Positions 38,701 through 52,710 of a DNA stretch of 64,000 nt are shown piece by piece. The notes under the pieces were generated by a model. The model saw only the letters and a list, made by a program, of their open reading frames with translations. It made no database searches and had not been told where the DNA came from. The first letter of the stretch is position 1. Every line of letters begins with the position of its first letter. The translations under genes and the position numbers were made by a program. Source of the DNA: Lama guanicoe (taxonomy: Eukaryota); assembly GCA_013239625.1 (NCBI GenBank), contig MU053487.1, positions 1,507,058-1,571,057 of the forward strand, written 5' to 3'.

Positions 38701-40138
38701 GGAAGGAATTATGATATAAATAATATTATTTCCTAGATTTTTCAGATTGTAATTGTTTTTTAAGATTATTTTATAATGTAGGAGGACTACATAAGACTGA
38801 AATCACTCAGAATCTTTCTACATATATTAAATTACCTTTCCCTTATTCCTGTAAAGGCATCTTTAATACCCACCATCCCTGGTGCATTTTCCTATTGGCT
38901 TTGTAACTGATGAGAGTAAAGGAACCCACCATGTCAATCCCAGAGCCCTTCTCCGATCCACCAGGTCGGGGTAGGGGTGGGACAGTCAGCTACAGGAGCA
39001 AAGGGAGAAATGTGAGTTCATGCTGTCAAGCCAAAGCAGGGATGTTAATCCCCAAAGTGCACAGAGAGAAATTAGTAGTCAAAATCATCATAATAAATAT
39101 CCATCTTCTTCCATGTTTCAAACTCACCAAAGATAACATGAGCCAGAGAGACTATAAACAAACAAAGAACATGTTTTTAGTAGCCCATTATTGTCCCTTC
39201 AGTACTAGCTGTATTTGCCCTGGGAGAGAAAAACTATACTATAGACTTACTTAAATTTAAATTGCTTTTAACTGTTGACATAATATCTCCAATGGGACAC
39301 TACTGCCCGCCTGGAATGTAGCAGGCAGTGGTCTGATTACCATCATCATCACCATTTTCCATCTCTCCCCTCTCCTCTTGAGATAACAACTTTCTGGGGT
39401 CACATTAAAGTAAATGGGAGATCACGTGTCTCCAGCCATCCCTGGTGGTCTTAATTGTCGCACACTGATAGACCCCTCTCTGTTAGTGGAGTGCTTTGAT
39501 CTACACATTTCATGCATTTGGGTGCTCCGAGCAGCTTTTGCTAATAGAGCTCACTTGGTGCTTAGCTGGTAACCGCAGGAACTGCCCTTCCCATGTTCCG
39601 CTTTACAGAGGATGGTTCCTATTCACCTGTCTGATTGCAAAATCTGTCCATGAACCTTTTCAAGGACAATATTTTTCTTCTTCTGTCAGTACCAACAATT
39701 GAGAAGGGTGCTGAAGTCCTCAATACTGATGATTTGTGAGTGACAGAGTACAGGAAAAGAGCCTCAAGAGTGGAGCAGTACGCTTCAAGCTCCTTAATAC
39801 CATTGGAACAAGATATTTGAATGGAGGGTACCTGACTGCATGTCTTCCTTCTGTACAGTGACCTTTGAATTCTCAGTGTTGTTTATTCTGGGCATGTGCA
39901 GTGGTCTGAATTTGTGTTAGAAGTACCAGGGGAAAGAGAACCTTTCAAAATTTGAAAACTAAAATTGTGACGCAGGCCCTCCATTGGATTTAATGAAATT
40001 AGAAACATGCCACTAAAATGGGTTGCAATTGTTCTCCAGCCTTGTGACCAAAGTAGGTCAGGTGAAGAGTGGTCTGGGTTATAAATACCTATTAACTCTT
40101 CAGGTAGATAGGACAAGGAGCCTTGTGTGAATCAGCAA

Positions 40139-40158
40139 AGACTGTTCAGTGAGGCCCA

Positions 40159-40200
<42 letters not shown>
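40139..40200. repeat. (TG)n microsatellite
   Basis: Run of about 19 TG units. Confidence 0.95.
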
Positions 40201-40202
<2 letters not shown>

Positions 40203-41649
40203 CGCATGTGCTCTCACCCTGATGCAAGCATTGCCTTCCTCTCCAAATGTCCTTTCTTCCCCCTTGCCCTAACTGCACTTGCTGCCTGTCTACAGTCCAC
40301 CTATTTTTAAAGCTCAACTAAACATCACTTACTCTGTACAGTTAACCTGGTCATCTGCCACTGGAAGCAATCTGTTCCTCCTTCAAATTCATTGTATCTG
40401 ATCTGATTCTCTGTAGGGCCTTTTTTTGGTCTTATGTTTAAACTTAAGAGTGAACATAGTTCACTTATTTCCCAATAGGACAGGCTATCCTAACACCCAT
40501 ATTTGACGCCTTGCTGTCCTTCAGAAAATGAACGTTAAATGAATGGAAAGCACTAATGAATGTCATAATGCAAATGCTAGCCCTGACGTGCGTGGCACAA
40601 ATAATAGAGAGCAATATACCAGGACCAAATGCAAGTGCTCAAAACTTTCTAATTTCCTGAAAAATCTGACTGGGTTCTTTAAGCATCAGTGGTACTTCAT
40701 TGGAGGAAGTTGTGTTTGTGGAATCATAATCTGGCAGACAGTTCAGCCCAGCTGGCCGTTTGCCTTGCTTGTAACTCTGCCCCCGTCAAACAAGACCCAG
40801 AGAAGCAATGTCTTAACTGCAGTGGGGATTCCAGAAACAAATAAACCAAGGATCAGATACAATGGCCAACTTGAGAAATAGACTTCTTAATTCTTGGCAA
40901 AAGATCTGTGGCTTATTTAATATTAACTCTGGGTATTTTGGTAATATGTGTTCTAATTTGTTCAACAAACTCTTATTGATAATTTTGCTAGGTTCTATGA
41001 GAGGGAATCAAACAAACAAAAATAAAGAGGCATTTTTTCCAGCAGGTGGAACAGTTGGAGATATATATATCTATATCCGTATCTATATCTACATATCAAT
41101 CATTGAGTGCATTGTTACTTTTTAGGACAGTGCTGTCTTTCAAAGCAACCAAACGTGAACCTCGTAGTCAGTGTTATTCCTTCCCTACCTTCAGCATGTA
41201 TTTAGTTGCCACATTCAATTTCATATTTTGCCCACTTATTTGTTTATTTTTGACTGCTTCGTCCATTTAAATATGTTAGCAGTGGATTGTGGGGACTTAA
41301 CCTAGTATGTGTGATCACCCTTTGAATATGTTGTAATATCTTTTCTGTGTGATAATGTTTCTGCCACGTTTCCCTCCAAAATGGACATTTCTGGCTCCTG
41401 GAGTCTGAGCATTGGAAACCTACTTGAGTGGCACTTGGACCAGATGGATAAGTGCCCTTTTCAAGAAGCAGACAAACTGATCTGTATGTATGTGGTAGCC
41501 TCAGCCCAGGGTCAGGAGCTCACTAAATCCTCATGCAACAAACAACAAGTTCTTCTCCTGGGTAGCTCTCATTTTACAGAGTAGTGTGCTTATTTGGTTG
41601 GCTGTGTTTTGTTGATTTTCATTATTTAGATGTTACCTATTACGTTTAA

Positions 41650-44390
41650 TTAAGACTTTGTTTTAAAACAATTTTTGATTCACAAGAAATTGAAGAGGAG
41701 GTACGGAGACTTCCGATATACCTATTGCCTCCACAAATGCAGTCTCCCCTGTTATCAACAATACCCACCATGGTGGTATGTGTGTTACACCTGGTGAATC
41801 TGCACTGGCACATCTTAATCACTCAAAGTTCATAGTTTACTGACGGTTCTCTCATGGTGTTGTACATTCTGTGGGTTTGGTGAATGTATGACATGTATCA
41901 TACTTGTACCACCATTACAGTATCATACAGGTTAGTATCCCTGCCCCCAAAGATGCTCTGTTCTCTGCCTATTCATCCTTCCCTTTCTCCCTCAACCATT
42001 GGCAGTCAACCAGCATTTTTACTGTCTCCACAGTTGTGCCCTTTTTAGAAAGCCATGTAAGGGAGATCATGCAGTAGGTAGTCTTTTCACACTGGCTTCT
42101 TTCACTTAGTAATAATACATTTAAGGTTATGTCATGTCTATTCATGGGTTAATAAATAGCTTATATATTTTTATTTCTGAATACTATTCTGTTGTCTGGA
42201 TGTAGCACAGTTTATCTCTTCACCTACTGAAAGACATCTTGGTTGCTTCCAAGTTTGGGCAATTATAAATTGGGATGGATGGATGTTGNNNNNNNNNNNN
42301 NNNNNNNNNNNNNNNNNNNNNNNNNNNNNNNNNNNNNNNNNNNNNNNNNNNNNNNNNNNNNNNNNNNNNNNNNNNNNNNNNNNNNNNNNNNNNNNNNNNN
42401 NNNNNNNNNNNNNNNNNNNNNNNNNNNNNNNNNNNNNNNNNNNNNNNNNNNNNNNNNNNNNNNNNNNNNNNNNNNNNNNNNNNNNNNNNNNNNNNNNNNN
42501 NNNNNNNNNNNNNNNNNNNNNNNNNNNNNNNNNNNNNNNNNNNNNNNNNNNNNNNNNNNNNNNNNNNNNNNNNNNNNNNNNNNNNNNNNNNNNNNNNNNN
42601 NNNNNNNNNNNNNTTTCTTTTAAGGTCTTTGACTCATTTTTTAATCAGATTGCTTTCTTATCATTGAGTTTTAAGAGGTTTTTTGTTTGTTTGTATATTT
42701 TGAGTACCAGTCTATCTGATATGTCTTTCACAAATATTTTCTCCCAATCTGTGGCCAGCCTTTTCATTATCTTAACACTACCTTTCACAAATCAGAAGTT
42801 GTTGATTTCAGTGAAGTCTAGCTCAGTTATTTCTTTCATGAATCATGCTTTAGCATTGTATCTAAAAAGTCATCAACATACCCAAGACCATCAAGGTTTT
42901 CTCGTCTGTAATCTTCTTGGAGATGTATAGTTTTGTGTTTTATATTTAGGTCTGTGACCTATTTTGAGTTAATTTTTGTGAAGGATGTAAGGTCTGTCTA
43001 GATTTATTTATTTATTTATTGCCTATGAATGTCCAATTATTTCAGCACCATTGTTGAAAAGACTATCTTTGCTTCATAGCATTGCCTTTGCCTCTTTTTC
43101 AAAGATCCTTTGACTATATTTATGTGTCTGTTTATGGGCTTTTTGTTTCTGCTCCACTGATCTGTGTATGTTTTTTTTCTGCGTACTGCACTGTCTTGAT
43201 TACTGTAGTTTTATAGTTAAGTCTTGAAATCGGGTAGTGGCCATCCTCCAATTTTGTTAGCCAATGTTGTGTGGGTTTTCTGGGTCTTTTACACCTTTAT
43301 ATAAATTTCAGAATGAGTATTTTTGTATCCACAAATTAACTTGCTGAAATTTTTATTGGAATTACTTTGAATCTCTAGATCAATTTGGGAAGAACTGACA
43401 TCTTGGCAGTATTGAGTTGTCCTATCCAAGAGCCTGGAATTAATCTTTCTATTTATTTAGTTCTTTGATTTCTTTCATCGATGTTTTGTAGCTGTCCTCA
43501 TATACATTGTGTGCATATTTTGTTAGATTTATACCTAAGTATTTCATTTTAGGGGTTGCTAGTGTAAATAGCATTGTTTTTCATTTCAAATCCTACTTGT
43601 TCATTGCTGGTATACAGGAAGGTAAGTAATATTGGCATATTACCCATATATCCTGCAACCTTGCTATAGTCGCTTATTAATTCTCAGAGTTTTTATCACT
43701 TGTATTGGATTTTCTACGTAGACAGTCATGTCTTCTGTGAACAAATAGGGTTTTATGTCTTCCTTCCCAATCTATATACCTTTGCTTTTCCTTCCATGCC
43801 ATCTTGCATTAGCAAGGACTCTAGTACATTGTTGAAAAGGAATGATAAGAGGAGACATGCTTGCGTTGTATGTGATCTTGGTCGGAAAGCTTTGAGTTCC
43901 TCACCATTAAGTATGATATTAGTTGTAGGTTTTTTATAGTCTTTATTAAGTTGAGAAAGTTAGACTCTATGCCTAGTTTACTGGGAGTTTTTATCATGAT
44001 TGTATATTGGATTTTTTCATGTTTTTTCTGTATCTATTGATAGTCAGATGAGTTTTTTTTTTAGCCTGTTGCTGTGATGGGCTACATTGTTTTTCAAATG
44101 TTGAACCATCCTTGCATACTTGATAAATTTCATTCGTTGATGGTATATAACTTTTTATATATCCTTGGATTCAGTTTGGTGGTATTTTGTTGGGGATATT
44201 TGCACCTATTTTCATAAAAGGTAGTGGTCTATAGTTTGTTTTGTTTGTTTTGATAATATCACTCTGGTTTTGAAGTTAGAGTAAATCAGGCCTCATAGAG
44301 TGAGTTGGGAAATATTCCCTCTGCTACTATCCTCTGAGAGAGATTGTTTACAGTTGGCATAATTTCTTCCTTAAATATCTGGTAGAGTCT
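41650..44390 (-). mobile_element. Older L1 (L1MC1-like): 3'UTR and ~2 kb of decayed ORF2, spans an N gap
   Basis: 3'UTR motifs (catagtttac...ggtgttgtacattctgtgggtttgg, gcctattcatcc) and antisense ORF2 motifs (cagcaccattgttgaaaagacta, cttgattactgtag, gagttgggaaatattccctc). Confidence 0.9.
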
Positions 44391-44584
44391 GTATCTATGT
44401 TTATATTGAGCTCCAATCAATCTGATTTTAGGGCTGGACTTGTATATACATCTATTTACGGTTCATCACTAGTCAGCCTTCTCAACTAATAAGTCAGAAG
44501 TTCAGTCTGTGGCCTTGAATTTAAAAGTACCTGCTTTTATAAGAATAGAACCCATGGCTTTAGTCTTTTCATTATCTTGTGCAT

Positions 44585-44765
44585 TCAGACTCTGGACTTA
44601 AACCCTAGCTCACGATTTGAAATGTATGACCTTGAATAATTTCCTTAAATTCTCTAAGTCTCAACTTTGTCTATAAAATGTGGTCTGCGATACCATCATT
44701 GTCTTTCTCACATAGTAATTGTGAAAGTCAAATATGTTAATTTTTATAGAAGTGCTTTATAAGTT
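44585..44765 (+). mobile_element. MIR
   Basis: tgtatgaccttgaataatttccttaaattctctaagtctcaactttgtctataaaatg is the MIR core. Confidence 0.65.
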
Positions 44766-46209
44766 GCCTATATATTCATATACGTGTGAAATAGGCGCTT
44801 ACATGCACTCAGAATATTACCGTGAAATGCGGTTGCTAAGTGACTATCTGACTCTGGAAGAAAATAGTGACTCAGGACTCACAGTTCATCTGCATATACA
44901 CTGTCATGAGGAATATTTGGATGTCAAATGTCATTATTAATTTTCCCCATTGTCTATGGAAAGTTCAAGCAAAGCTGCCTCAGGTGCCTTAATGTAGGCT
45001 GTTTACCCCTCTCGCTATTCGACACTCTAGCCCTGTTTCTTTTCTATAACTTGTCTTTCATTTCTGTGAATTCTAGAATCGTTTCTAGGCTGCAGCTGAA
45101 AAATAATTTTTCTTTTTTTTGGCTAATTTGTAGATATCTAACAATTGCATTTCAGAGGCATCCTCCCTATGCTCCCACACTCCCAGATTTGTCACTAGGC
45201 TAACCTCTCACAATCAGAAGCCATCTACGAGATACCTGGCAGGCCTTCCTGTCTGCTCCTTTGGCTCTCACGTGAAACACACCATGAAAGGCCCATATTC
45301 CTTTGCTAGAAAACACCCCTTCCTGCACTTTAGCCTCCTCTTTTCCATTTGAAATTCAGTGAGCCTGAGATAACAACAGGTCCCTGATGGGGCATCAATG
45401 GAAATATATCTGTCATGTAACTGGGGAGGCTGAGGCACTGGGAGACCTGAGTCTTTGACCTATAACCTTCTGTCACCTGCACAGTGAACACAGGAGAAAT
45501 CTCCTTGTTAATGGCAGTGGCTAAATGAGGAGCCGCATGTATAGTATTTGCTGGTGTAGGATTTTTCATTTAATTAAATCTGAGTCTCTGTCTGCCCAGG
45601 GGACCTCACTGATAAAGGGAGGAGGCCGAGAAAGCTTTGTCGGTATTTAAGTCCCACAATAACTTTTCCTGATGTAATTAAAGTCTGCCTGTTGATTTCA
45701 GTACTCAGGGAAGGTTATTGTTTTTGAGCCAACACTGTATCGCTGCTTCGGATTTATGGAGCAGCTTTATTAGTCCTGTGACCTTGGATAAGTCACTTAA
45801 CCCCTCTGACTTCTGGTATAAAACCGAGTTATTAATGCCCACTGAACAGAGCTGTTGTTAGGATTACACAAAATAAGAAACATGAAAGAGCCTCATTACC
45901 CAGAAGGGGACCCACCTGCAGTAACTCAGTTTGTTCCTACAGTACCAGTGGGTGGGGGATAGACCAGTTTGTTCAGCGTGTGTGTGTGTGTGTCACAAAT
46001 GAGGATTCGGGTTCAGAAAGCATTAAGTAAACTGTCTAACTGCAAAGCTGAGAGATTGCAAAGCAGAGATTTCCCTCTGGCTGTTTTGACACCCATCAGA
46101 CCTACATACTTTTCCTGACACTAAAGCCTGACCTCGTTCAGGAATCTCACATTGACTCTCAATAAGCATATTGCAAGAAATCAGACATCTAAAAAAGCAA
46201 ACAGGAGAC

Positions 46210-46420
46210 GCAAACTAAGAGGTACAAACTATTAGGTATAAAATAAGCTCCCAGGATATATTGCACCAAGAGGAATATAGCCAATATTTAATAATAACTG
46301 TAAATGGAGTATATATAACCTTTCCAAATTGTGAGTCACTATTGTGCACCCATAATTTATGTAATATTATACATCAACTATACTTCAATTAAAAAAAAAA
46401 ACTAAAATAAATAAATAAAT
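46210..46420 (+). mobile_element. Short 5'-truncated L1 3' end
   Basis: aagaggtacaaact...gaatatagccaat...catcaactatacttcaatt plus an A tail. Perfect 16-bp TSD aaagcaaacaggagac at 46194-46209 and 46421-46436. Confidence 0.92.
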
Positions 46421-46514
46421 AAAGCAAACAGGAGACAATTAGGAATCTGTGAAACCTGCCCTGGCACTGAGAGTGCTCACTTTGGAGAAGAACCAATGGT
46501 GTATGGAGATGGTT

Positions 46515-47055
46515 CACACTGTCTTGAGACAGCTAACTGTTAAATTGTTAGGAATTTCATGAGCCCATTGTTAAACACCATCATTACTAAAAATTAAATT
46601 ACATAAACCCAGCTAATTAAATTAATACTTGAAACTTATCACTTTCTAAACATTTTTACCACATTTTGCTATTATCTGTCTTTTCAAGTGAATTGTAACC
46701 GTGAGGTTGACACAGTGGTCACTTGCTGCATGTGGGCAGAAGCGATGGCATGTCCCTTCTGATGTTAGATTATCAAAGACTGCAGGTTCCGTCTTGGGTT
46801 CCTTACCCTCCATCTCTTGGATCTCTGTCTCCGGAGAAGCCAGCTGCCATGTCTTCAGGACACCCAGGCAGCCTGTGGAGAAACCCATGTGGCAAGGAAA
46901 TGAGGTCTCCAGCCCATCGCCAGAGAGCAACTGAGACCTGCCAAAACCACATGCGTCTGGAAGTCTTCAAATGACTACTGTCCCAGCTGACAGCTTCCGT
47001 GCACCTCAGGAAAGACCTGGAGCCAGAACCAGCCAGTGAAGCTGCTCCCAGTGAT
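46515..47055. mobile_element. MER63-like fragment (-, to ~46700) abutting an MLT1 LTR fragment (+, ~46705-47055)
   Basis: ctgttaaattgttaggaattt...ttgttaaaca, followed by gaagccagctgccatgt...cccatgtggcaaggaaatgagg...agccagaaccagccag. Confidence 0.65.
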
Positions 47056-48277
47056 CAATAACTGCTCCAGTAGCAAAGCATCTAAATATCCTCCAACCTG
47101 CTGTCTGATTTTAGAGGGATTCCTGTAGAGGTCAGGAAACCCCTATTTTTCCCTAAACAATACAAAGTTGTGGACAACCCAAAAATTTTATCCAATTAGT
47201 ATAAATATTTGCCCTTTTATATTTTGCTAGTTAGTAGGTTCAGGCAAAAACAATTTAACTCTGCTGTCTGAACCTACTGAATGGGAGGGGGAAGCTTAGT
47301 ATTTCAAGTATGAATTTAAATCTGCGATAACAGCCTACTTGACAATCATTTTTTTTCTTTTTCAATATGAAAGGGATAAATTATATATTCCTTGAATTCG
47401 AATCCAGTTTATCTGAAGGGCTTCTGGTACTGGAATTCACTTATAGCATGAAGTAAAAGTCTATGATTCATTAAAATAAAGATCATATGAAGTAAAAAAG
47501 AAAACAGAAATTAAATTCTGTATAAAAATAGCTGTACTTTTAATACATAACAAGTAGGGAAGATAAAAAATCAACAAGTCTAGATATTTGTGGAGTTTTT
47601 TATTTGGCTCGAAGTATTCTACTATAGTATTTAATTCAACATTAAATAGTAGTTCTACACAATCTTCTCTACCTCTTCCTGGAGTAAAGTGATCCTCAGT
47701 GAAAATATTTCTGGGCAAAAGATTCTAATATTGATGATGTAGTAAACAAAGTCTCATGATGATGCAAAAATCTTTTTCAGTTAGAAGTTTTGTTCGTCTT
47801 CATTGTCTGTTCATTTGATGCCGAGTTCAAATGAACCTGCTTCCAAGACTAACATGTATGAATTTTAATAAAAGGTGAAGGTGTTAGAGGGAAAAGGAGT
47901 CATTCCAGTGACAAATGGGTCCTGGTTTCTCCTGGGGAGAAAGTCTTAGAATTGACAGTCCGGCTGAAGCCCAGGATGTTCCAAGAGGGTAGATACACAG
48001 CCCCTTTCAGGGGCTGCACTGAGGAAGCAGACATGCGTAGAAAACTGTACAAAACAGTGTGTATGAGGAAACAGGAAATGGTAGAATCCCTGAAAGGTAG
48101 ACTGGTGTGGTGGCCAGTGCACCCCAACCCTGGCCATAAGTCCACACAGATTGAACGGCCAGTGTCAAGAACAATCCATGTAGCTCAATCAGTTTCTGAG
48201 ATCAGGGAGAGCTGACAGAGGTGGGACTTGAATGACTAGAAATATGATCAGTGGTGGCACGGATGCTCTGGCCAATG

Positions 48278-48700
48278 GTGTTAAAATGGAGAACAGACTT
48301 GAAAATCTCCCAAGCAGACAAAACCATGTAAGCCACACAAGCAAAACTAAGTCTAGCTTATTTCATGAACATAAGCACAACTTAACTCAGGTTGTTTCTT
48401 GTAAATGCCTGTCATAATCATAAAAGAAACTTGTCATTTTTCTAAAATGGTGTAAGATCACTTTTAACAAATCCCTTGCCATCTGGAAACTCCCCATTGT
48501 AATTACCAGTCATTGTAAAAGTTTAACAACTTCCTTATTTTCATTTTACATTGTGTGATGTCATCCTTCTGGGCTTCACATTCGTTTTGGACTTGAAGAT
48601 TCCTAGTTTGTGAACGGTTCTTTTCTGTACGATAAACTCTTACTAAAATGCTATTTTACTGATCCGGCTTTAAATTTTACTATTTCTGGATTTTTGATGA
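48278..48700 (+). mobile_element. Possible ERV1 solo LTR (MER34-like)
   Basis: Starts tgttaaaatggag; LTR-like segments cttgaaaatctcccaagcagacaaaacc and gataaactctt. Boundaries uncertain. Confidence 0.35.
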
Positions 48701-50469
48701 TCCGGACACTTTAAAGCCCAGAGAAACTGGAGACTTGCCCCTAGAAGCAAATAGCCAATGAGAAAGCGCAGGCTCAAGGTTAGGAACCCACATCTCAAGA
48801 GGACAAGGGAAATATATGAAAGGAAGAGGTTCAGTTCAAAAATGCCACACCCAGTTGTCTACAACTCTGAGGCAAAACTATCTTTGAATAAAAACTGGAT
48901 TCCTGTAGTTCAACAATGAGTCTCTGGTCTGTGAGTCCCCAGTGTAACCAAATAAAAACAGTATGAAAAAACACAGGAACTAATACTCAGCATGATTCTT
49001 ACTTCTACCAAGGAGGTAGAGCCATTTAGGTGTGAATGATGTATGTAAAAATTATGCACTTACAAGTAATAGTTAACTTAGGCACTTACATGCAAGGCTG
49101 TAAATATGTGCATTTTTACACATTAACTTCTCTCCCCTTTGTTATGCCCCACCCAACTCTGGAGTTGCCAGTGTAACAGAATCAAGGTAGGACCAGTCTG
49201 GAGTGTTTAGCCAGAAGTATAGGTTTAGTTTAAGTTTCCCAAGACTAGCTCAAAGAGAACTATTTCATGTGGATGTAAACATTGCAATAGACTCTTTATG
49301 GTCCCTTAAAATTCAGCCCACTCTTCCTCCATTAGCACGTTGAGGGCTCTTACCAAGAGCTGCAAGAAACAGACAGCATCTAATGTTTATCTTTGGAGAT
49401 CTTCCTGGAATACTTTAGCATCTTTTGGTAAAATTCAGCACCTTTCAAATAATATTGAACATGTTTTCAGATGGGTTGTTGACTCCTATCATCTCAGTTT
49501 AGCAAAAATCTTTCTTAATAGCATCCCCTGAAGAATTCTAGCACTAAGAATGCCCCAATCAGAGAAGAGAACATGCAACTTTAAGTCAAAGTGAAATGTA
49601 CAAATAATGCAAAATGACAGTGTAATGAAATAAGAAAATTCAAAGTTTTTCAAGTAACACAGAAATCCAGAAAGCTCACTTGGGCACAGAGGGCATCCCT
49701 CCCTGCTGAGCCAGAAAGCAGGCTATGCCCAAGATGCTCAGTGTACCATGGCCTCATGCTGTTGTTGCCAGAGCTGCCCTGGTGACTGCCTGTGAAAACA
49801 CAGTTTAGAAGATGCCAGCTGACTGTCCTCAGAAAGACATCATTAGTTAATGAAACTGTAGCTATTTAAGCACCTGTAACAAGTAATAGGAATTTCAATT
49901 CTACTGATAAAAGGATATTATTTATAATGAGCCTTACCACCAGATAAGTTCTGAATGTGGAGGGCTAACCATTAAGTTGTGACTTGGAACATTACCATAA
50001 ATTCTGAGCTGCACATGCTGATTGCAAGGACAACCAGGATGTCAAGAAAGCACGAGAACTAATGAGCCTCCCTGTAGGAATATTTCACCTATGAGGGAAA
50101 ATCTTCTTTGTTTGTTGGAGTAGAAATAGGAGGTGGGAAAGTAATTCAGGAAGGGGGCGTTGTCTGTTTGTTTGTTTCCTCCGCATTAATATGGGTTTCA
50201 AAGGAGGAGAATCCAATGGCTTTTTAATATTGCTAAAATGTTCTGCATTTTTCCTCTAGGAAATGTCAGCAGCAACTGTAACTTATTAGAAAAGTCATTC
50301 CGTGATGTAAAATGGCTAGGATCAGTGCTCCTTGGCCCTGGTGACTTTTTTTAGATCATTCTCTTTCCCCAGCCGCTGAAAACCAGCTTTAAGTTTAAGA
50401 TCTTCATACACTATCCATTACCTTAAGTTGTTAGAGTAAATCACCAAGATTCAGGCCGTTCAGTCCCTT

Positions 50470-51625
50470 TCTCAAAGATTTTAGCTCCAGCACTACTGTC
50501 ATTCTCCGTTAGACTGCCAGCCGTGCCCCTTGGTGAGGACAGTGTTCACATAATCTTCCCACACAATACTCTCTGACTTCCTTGACCTCCTCTCTTCAAA
50601 TGAACTTATCCTCCACCCTAAGTCTTGGTCATACCCAAAACTGTATTGCCAATAATAAAAATCGACCCACAGTTTCAAACTTAACCTACTGTCTCTCCAG
50701 TTCACTTAATTCAGGACCCAACAGCAGTCACTCTCCAACCCCACAAGGACCTGTGAACCTTTATTTATTTGTTTGTTTGTTTGTTTGTTTATTTATTTAT
50801 TTAAAATCATGCCACCTTTTTTTCTGACTCTTACCTTCTCATGCTTTCAAATGCTTCCTCATACAACATCAATTCTACAGTCAATCTTACATCCTTAGTT
50901 AACTTTTTCTTTATTTTATAAATTTTCTTATACTTGTTTGCAAAGCCAATAACACCAGTAAAATGTAATTTTCCACCTCTTCTATGCATCCACTCCCAGA
51001 GCTATATATGGTAGGAAAAAACAGGTGTGCACTGACTGGTTGTAGCTGCTAATCTGAAGTGGACCTGGAATGCTGCCCTGCAGGCACTGTCTGTCCCTCC
51101 AGTCTCGGTTGTCTCCCACTTCCTGAAGCATCCTCTTCCCATCCTCACCCTCAGAGGATGACCTTGCTCCCTCACTGACAAAATGCAACCAATCATAAGA
51201 GAATTTTTGCAAGGCACATACGCATATTTGCATGCCAACTCCCATGTTTAGGGCCTTTACCTGTGCGCAAGGACACATTTCCTCCCAGCCTCCCTGGAAC
51301 ATCGATCCCCTTCACACTAGCGTTCTTTCCCTTCCTATTGCTTCATTCCAATAAGTAAACAAACATGGTGGCATTTTTCTGTTTAAAAAATAATATATAT
51401 AACTCTTGATCCTACTTATAACTCTAACTACTGACTGCTCATTTCCCTACCATCTTTTAAAACAGAATGCCTCACATCTTTTATATTCACTATACCTCTC
51501 CTGTCTTTTATACTCTCTCAACTCAGTCTTTTGCCCCCAGCAGTCCTGTGAATCAGCTTTTCTCAGATTCCTCTCCGACCCGCACATTGGTAAATCCCAT
51601 TTTGTGTTCTCACTCTTCATAATAC
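50470..51625 (+). mobile_element. L2 internal fragments
   Basis: Pyrimidine-rich L2-like motifs (ttccttgacctcctctcttcaaatga, gatgaccttgctccctcactgaca, aactcagtcttttgccccca). Confidence 0.55.
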
Positions 51626-52049
51626 AATATAGTAAGTAGCCACATGCCCAGTTGTGCCTGGGACAATCACTGTTTATACCTCTTGTCCTACTGTGGGTAT
51701 TAATCATGCCACTATTCATGTTTACAAGGGTCCCATTCTCTAAAAAGAGAAGAAAAGTGAGGGATTCACGAAGGTGGTTGGAAAATATGAATCTGCGGAG
51801 GTCTTCAGTTCTGGTTAACAGTACTACCCAATCTTGCTTTAAAACAGTTCTATAAAACTTAGTATCTAGCAGAATAGATGTATTAATAGGCATTATTGCA
51901 TAAAGTACCAGGTGCCAGTGGCCACTGAGAAGCTGTGCCATCATAGGCAGTCACTTAATATCTCTGGGCCTTTGTTGTTTCATTTTAAAAATAATCCAAC
52001 ATACGTGTACAAGCCACCAACTCTCTGGGCTTGGCACCTCTCCAGACAG

Positions 52050-52710
52050 AGCAGGCATTACATTGAATGAAAAAGTTATACTATTTATGGATCTTGGAGC
52101 CTCATGGGGAAAAAGGAAAAAAATCAGCACACGGATATTAAGTCAGATAGTGTTGAAAACTAGCAAGGGAATAAATCATAGACAGGGCTACAGTGATAGG
52201 GTAGGGAAAATAGAAATAAAGAGACCCAATACAATGGGGCCAGCAGTAGGGTAGACAGACAAACACGTTTGAGCAGCGTGGAAGCAAGTGCAAAAGTCCT
52301 GAGGTAGAAGCATGCTTTTAGTGGACCAGGGACAACAGTGAGGCCAGGGTTGAGGCCTGGTGAACAGTCGGGAGATGGAAGAAGACGGGGGTGGGGGGGA
52401 AGTGAGAAGAGAAAGAGAAAGTCAAGCACTAGTGGAGCCTTCAGGGCAGGGTGCGGGGGAGGGCTTCGGAATTAAAACTTTCAAACGATGCATACCAGGC
52501 CATCATCCAGGCTGCTGGGTAAAGGCTTAAATGTAGGGGTGAAGAGGGACTGGGGGATTCTTGTTTGACTCCAGGTTAGAGATAATGGTGACTTGGAGGA
52601 GAGTGATAATTGTAGAATTTGTCATAATGTACTACAGTTCTGGATGTATTTCCTGAAGAATGTGATGTATGATCTGAGAGAACATGAGAAGGCAAGTTTT
52701 TCGTCTGCAG
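52050..52710 (-). mobile_element. L2 fragment
   Basis: gcaagtgcaaaagtcctgaggtagaagcatgc...ccaggttagagataatggtgacttgga...ttctggatgtattt. Confidence 0.6.

Noticed and set aside
42243-42930. ORFs containing poly-X (also 8884-9159 and 62825-63152)
   Set aside because: Artefacts of N gaps inside L1 elements.
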